From Occultella glacieicola (GTDB taxonomy: Bacteria; Actinomycetota; Actinomycetes; Actinomycetales; Beutenbergiaceae), in NCBI RefSeq assembly GCF_004353825.1, contig NZ_SMNA01000002.1, forward strand, positions 372,001 to 436,000: DNA of 64,000 bases, written 5' to 3'. Every line of letters begins with the position of its first letter. Positions within the stretch are counted from its first letter, which is position 1. Below are positions 60,440 through 64,000 of the stretch, piece after piece. A program made the position numbers and the translations under genes. The notes beneath the pieces were generated by a model that was given only the letters and a program-made list of their open reading frames with translations, made no database searches and was not told where the DNA came from.

Positions 60440-61593
60440 CGGCCTTCCGTTCCGTCCGTGGCGGCCTGCGGAGCCGAGGCCGTCGGTGTACTCAACCACG
60501 CCGCGAGAGCCCGCGTGCACGTCCTGATCTGTTCGGTCGCCACCTGTTCGTCGTCGGCATGCGCCAGCATCGGGTCGCCCGGGCCGAAGTTCACGGCGGG
60601 TATCCCGAGTTCGGTGAACCGGGCCACATCGGTCCAGCCGTACTTCGGGCCCGCCTCGCCGCCGGTCACCGCGGTGATCGCCTCCACGAACTGGCGGGCA
60701 ACCGGGTGGTCCAGGCCGGGCCGGGCGCCGGCGGAACCGTCCGTGAGGGTCACCTCGAAGCCGTCGAAGACCTCCCGCACGTGCTCGAACGCCTGCTCGA
60801 GGGTGGCCGACGGGGCGAACCGGTAGTTCACCGACACCGTGCACTCGTCCGGGATCATGTTGCCCGCGATGCCGCCGGAGATGCCGACGGCGTTCAGCCC
60901 CTCCCGGTAGGCCAGCCCGTCGACGTCGACCTCGGCCGGGACGTACCGGGCGAGTCGGTCCAGGATCGGGGCGGCGTCGTGGATGGCGTTGTGCCCACGC
61001 CATGCGCGCGCCGAGTGGGCGGTGGTGCCGTGCGTGCGGACATCGACTCGCAGGGTTCCGTTGCAGCCGCCCTCGATGCCCCCGGCGGTGGGCTCGCCGA
61101 GCACGGCGAAGTCGCCGGCGAGCCAGTCCGGGTGGGCGGCGACCACGCGGCCGAGGCCGTTCTCGTCGGCGCTGACCTCCTCGTGGTCGTAGAAGACCCA
61201 GGTGACGTCCTTGCCCGGTTCGGGCAGCGTCATCGCCAGGTGCAGCGCCACCGCGACGCCAGCCTTCATGTCGACGGTGCCGCGCCCCCAGAGGACCGGC
61301 TCGCCGTCGGGGCCGGTGCGCTCCTGGGTGGGCAGATTGCCCTGGATCGGGACGGTGTCGATATGCCCGGCGATGACGACCCGCTGGGCCCGCCCGAGCC
61401 GGGTCCGCGCCACGACCGTGTCGCCGTCCCGGAGCACCTCGAGGTGCGGTGCGCTCAGCAGGAGTGCCTCGATGAGGTCGGCAAGCGCCGTCTCGTCGCC
61501 GCTGACACTGGGGACGTCGCAGATCGCGCGGGTGAGTGCGACCACATCGGTGGTCGCCGGATCGGGCAGTCGGTCAGGCGCGGGTCCGAACAT
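60436..61593 (-). CDS. dapE: Succinyl-diaminopimelate desuccinylase
   Basis: AGHIDTVP, GRGTVDMK, DHEE, HSAR, WTDVARF, AHADDE. Confidence 0.93.
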   Translation of the reverse strand: MFGPAPDRLPDPATTDVVALTRAICDVPSVSGDETALADLIEALLLSAPHLEVLRDGDTVVARTRLGRAQRVVIAGHIDTVPIQGNLPTQERTGPDGEPVLWGRGTVDMKAGVAVALHLAMTLPEPGKDVTWVFYDHEEVSADENGLGRVVAAHPDWLAGDFAVLGEPTAGGIEGGCNGTLRVDVRTHGTTAHSARAWRGHNAIHDAAPILDRLARYVPAEVDVDGLAYREGLNAVGISGGIAGNMIPDECTVSVNYRFAPSATLEQAFEHVREVFDGFEVTLTDGSAGARPGLDHPVARQFVEAITAVTGGEAGPKYGWTDVARFTELGIPAVNFGPGDPMLAHADDEQVATEQIRTCTRALAAWLSTPTASAPQAATDGTEGR

Positions 61594-61747
61594 GATGGCG
61601 AGCCTAACGGGCGGCACGGGGGCTAACCCCACCCCGGGTTCAGGTGCGGGCCCGATCGTCGGGGGCCGTACGACCGCACAGGCTTGAGGCACACCCGAGC
61701 GGCCTGTGCCGGTGCTCGGCCCCGACCCGAACGGACCCCCATGACCG

Positions 61748-62761
61748 GACCTCGCCCGCCAGGTCCGGGAGGCCGGCCTCCTGCGCCGTCGACCCCGGTA
61801 CTACGCCGCGAAGATGACCGGACTGCTGGTCGCGTATGTGATCGCCGGATGGGCGCTGGTGACCATCGGCACGTCCTGGTGGCAGCTGGCCCTGGCCGCA
61901 GGGCTTGGGGTGCTGCTGACCCAGACCGCCTACCTCGCCCACGATGCCGCGCACCGGCAGATCTTCACCTCGGGACGAGCCAACGACTGGGCGGCGCTGG
62001 TGATCTCCGACCTGTTCGTCGGGCTGAGTCACGGCTGGTGGCAGCGCAAGCACACCCGTCACCACGGGAAGCCCAACCAGATCGGCGCCGACCCGGACAT
62101 CGGCACCGGGGCGCTGGTGTTCATCCCCGCGGACGTGCCCACCCGCACGGGCTTCGCGGCGTGGTTCGTGCGCCGGCAGGGGTGGCTGTTCTTCCCGTTG
62201 ATCACCCTGGAGGGTCTGGCCCTGCACGTCACCGCGATCCGCACCGTGTTCGGGCGCGCGCCCGTGAAGCACCGGTCCGTGGAGATCGTGTTCCTGCTGG
62301 TGCGGATCGTCGGGTACCTGGCCGTGGTGTTCTGGGTGATGGGCGTCGGACTGGGGCTGGCGTTCGTGGCCGTCCAGCTCGCCGTGTTCGGCTTCTACAT
62401 GGGCGCCACGTTCGCACCGAACCACAAGGGCATGCCACTGGTCCCGCCGGACGCCCGGATCGACTTCCTGCGCCGCCAGGTGCTGATGTCCCGCAACATC
62501 TCGGGCTCGCGGGTGGTGGACGTGCTGATGGGTGGGCTGAACCACCAGATCGAGCACCACTTGTTCCCGAGCATGCCCCGTCCGAGTCTGCGCCGGGCGA
62601 AGCCGCTGGTCCGCGCCCACTGCGCGGCCCACGGGATCGCCTACACCGAGACCACGCTCCTCGGGTCGTACCGGATCGTGGTGCGTTACCTCAACGACGT
62701 CGGGCTGGGCCGGATGGACCCGTTCGAGTGCCCGGTGACGGCACAGTTCCGGACCAGATGA
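61748..62761 (+). CDS. Membrane fatty-acid (acyl-CoA) desaturase; 5' end apparently frameshifted
   Basis: His boxes HDAAH, HTRHH, QIEHH; first in-frame ATG is at 61814, but homolog-like sequence extends to 61748. Confidence 0.85.
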   Translation, partial: DLARQVREAGLLRRRPRYYAAKMTGLLVAYVIAGWALVTIGTSWWQLALAAGLGVLLTQTAYLAHDAAHRQIFTSGRANDWAALVISDLFVGLSHGWWQRKHTRHHGKPNQIGADPDIGTGALVFIPADVPTRTGFAAWFVRRQGWLFFPLITLEGLALHVTAIRTVFGRAPVKHRSVEIVFLLVRIVGYLAVVFWVMGVGLGLAFVAVQLAVFGFYMGATFAPNHKGMPLVPPDARIDFLRRQVLMSRNISGSRVVDVLMGGLNHQIEHHLFPSMPRPSLRRAKPLVRAHCAAHGIAYTETTLLGSYRIVVRYLNDVGLGRMDPFECPVTAQFRTR

Positions 62762-62879
62762 CGTTCGGCGGTCCCCGGCACGCCGCGCGGGCGCCGACCT
62801 TCTGCCCTAGCCTGCGTTGCGAGGGCCGGGCGAGACCGGCGCGACCACGCACCGCGCCTGGCCCGTAGGGGAGGGCCCC

Positions 62880-64000
62880 ATGTCCGCAGGGAGTGAAACC
62901 GGCGACACCCCCGCGGTGAGCCGGTTGAACGCACGCATCATCGGGATCTGTGTCGCTGCAGCCGTCGGGGGGTTCCTGTTCGGTTTCGACACGGCGGTCA
63001 TCAACGGCGCCGTCGACGCGCTGGCCGAGGAGTTCGCGCTCGGCGCCGGGCTGAAGGGCTTCGCGGTCTCCTCGGCGCTGATCGGGTGCGCCGTCGGTGC
63101 CTGGTTCGCCGGCCCGGTCGCGAACAAGCTCGGCCGGGTGCCGGTGATGCTGATCGCCTCGGTGCTGTTCCTGGTGTCCGCGATCGGTTCCGGGCTGGCG
63201 TTCGGGGTGACCGACCTGATCATCTGGCGGGTGATCGGCGGCTTCGGCGTCGGCGCCGCCTCCGTGATCGCTCCCGCCTACATCGCGGAGGTCTCCCCGG
63301 CCCACGTGCGCGGTCGCCTCGGGTCGCTCCAGCAGCTTGCGATCGTCACCGGCATCTTCGTGGCCCTGCTGTCCGACGCGCTGCTCGCGAACACGGCGGG
63401 CGGGGCCGCCGAGGAGCTCTGGCTCGGTCACCAGGCGTGGCGCTGGATGTTCATGGCCGAGGCCATCCCGGCCGTGCTCTACGGTCTGTTCGCGCTGCGG
63501 CTGCCCGAGTCGCCGCGATTCCTGGTGGCGCGCGGCAAGTACGACAAGGCCTCGGCGGTGCTGCACGACTTCACCGGGATCGTCGAGGTGAACCTGAAGA
63601 TCGAGGAGATCAAGAAGACCCTCAACCGGGAGAAGAAGGAGTCGCTGAGCGACCTGCGCGGGCGTCGGCTCGGACTCAAGCCGATCGTCTGGGTCGGGAT
63701 CCTGCTCTCGGTCTTCCAGCAGTTCGTCGGCATCAACGTGATCTTCTACTACTCCACGACGCTGTGGCGCTCGGTCGGGTTCGAGGAGTCCGACGCGCTG
63801 ACGATCACGGTCATCACCTCCGTCACGAACATCCTCGTCACGATCGTGGCGATCCTCCTCGTGGACCGGGTCGGACGCCGCCCGATGCTGCTCGTCGGCT
63901 CGGTCGGCATGGCCGTGTCCCTTGGCCTGATGGCGCTGGCGTTCTCGTTCGCCACCGTCGTGGAGGCCGCCGACGGCACCAGCACCGCCGAGCTGGCGGC
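62880..64000 (+). CDS. Sugar porter family MFS transporter (partial, runs off right edge)
   Basis: Read by hand: MSAGSE...GGFLFGFDTAVINGA, YIAEVSPAHVRG, PESPR, QQFVGINVIFYY, DRVGRR; GGGAGG RBS. Confidence 0.93.
   Translation, partial: MSAGSETGDTPAVSRLNARIIGICVAAAVGGFLFGFDTAVINGAVDALAEEFALGAGLKGFAVSSALIGCAVGAWFAGPVANKLGRVPVMLIASVLFLVSAIGSGLAFGVTDLIIWRVIGGFGVGAASVIAPAYIAEVSPAHVRGRLGSLQQLAIVTGIFVALLSDALLANTAGGAAEELWLGHQAWRWMFMAEAIPAVLYGLFALRLPESPRFLVARGKYDKASAVLHDFTGIVEVNLKIEEIKKTLNREKKESLSDLRGRRLGLKPIVWVGILLSVFQQFVGINVIFYYSTTLWRSVGFEESDALTITVITSVTNILVTIVAILLVDRVGRRPMLLVGSVGMAVSLGLMALAFSFATVVEAADGTSTAELA

Overview
High-GC actinobacterial chromosome segment. A Micrococcales-like lineage is my inference from gene order and protein style. 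The window is almost all core genome, with about 59 CDSs and one initiator tRNA-Met. The left third is metabolic or accessory: ABC-2 exporter, Nudix, putA, two SDR epimerases, OsmC, thyA-folA, a DUF4129/MoxR/DUF58 operon and an alditol oxidase. The middle is the conserved tRNA-fMet / UPF0182 / YlbL / zincin / ThiF-like / whiB7 / uvrD2 / mrx1 / nudC / APH / adnAB / DUF3152 / DUF3107 / DEAD-box block. The right part is marC / PHP / pepP / mgtE-N / DUF1003 / mrp / tatB / htrA / rseA / sigE / O-methyltransferase / M17 peptidase / DUF3117 / LOG / dapE, then a fatty-acid desaturase and a sugar porter. I found no transposase, integrase, prophage, CRISPR array, rRNA or convincingly new multi-gene system. 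The best signals are regulatory or cryptic: (1) a complete whiB7 uORF / antiterminator / terminator attenuator with an autoregulatory promoter; (2) PafBC-type (RecA-NDp) promoters before uvrD2 and adnA; (3) a probable ATC start codon for the O-methyltransferase; (4) an N-terminal frameshift in the desaturase; (5) ECF and MprA-like sites; (6) DnaA-box-like motifs; (7) unannotated small ORFs; (8) many leaderless starts. All product calls come from recognised motifs and recalled synteny, not from database searches.
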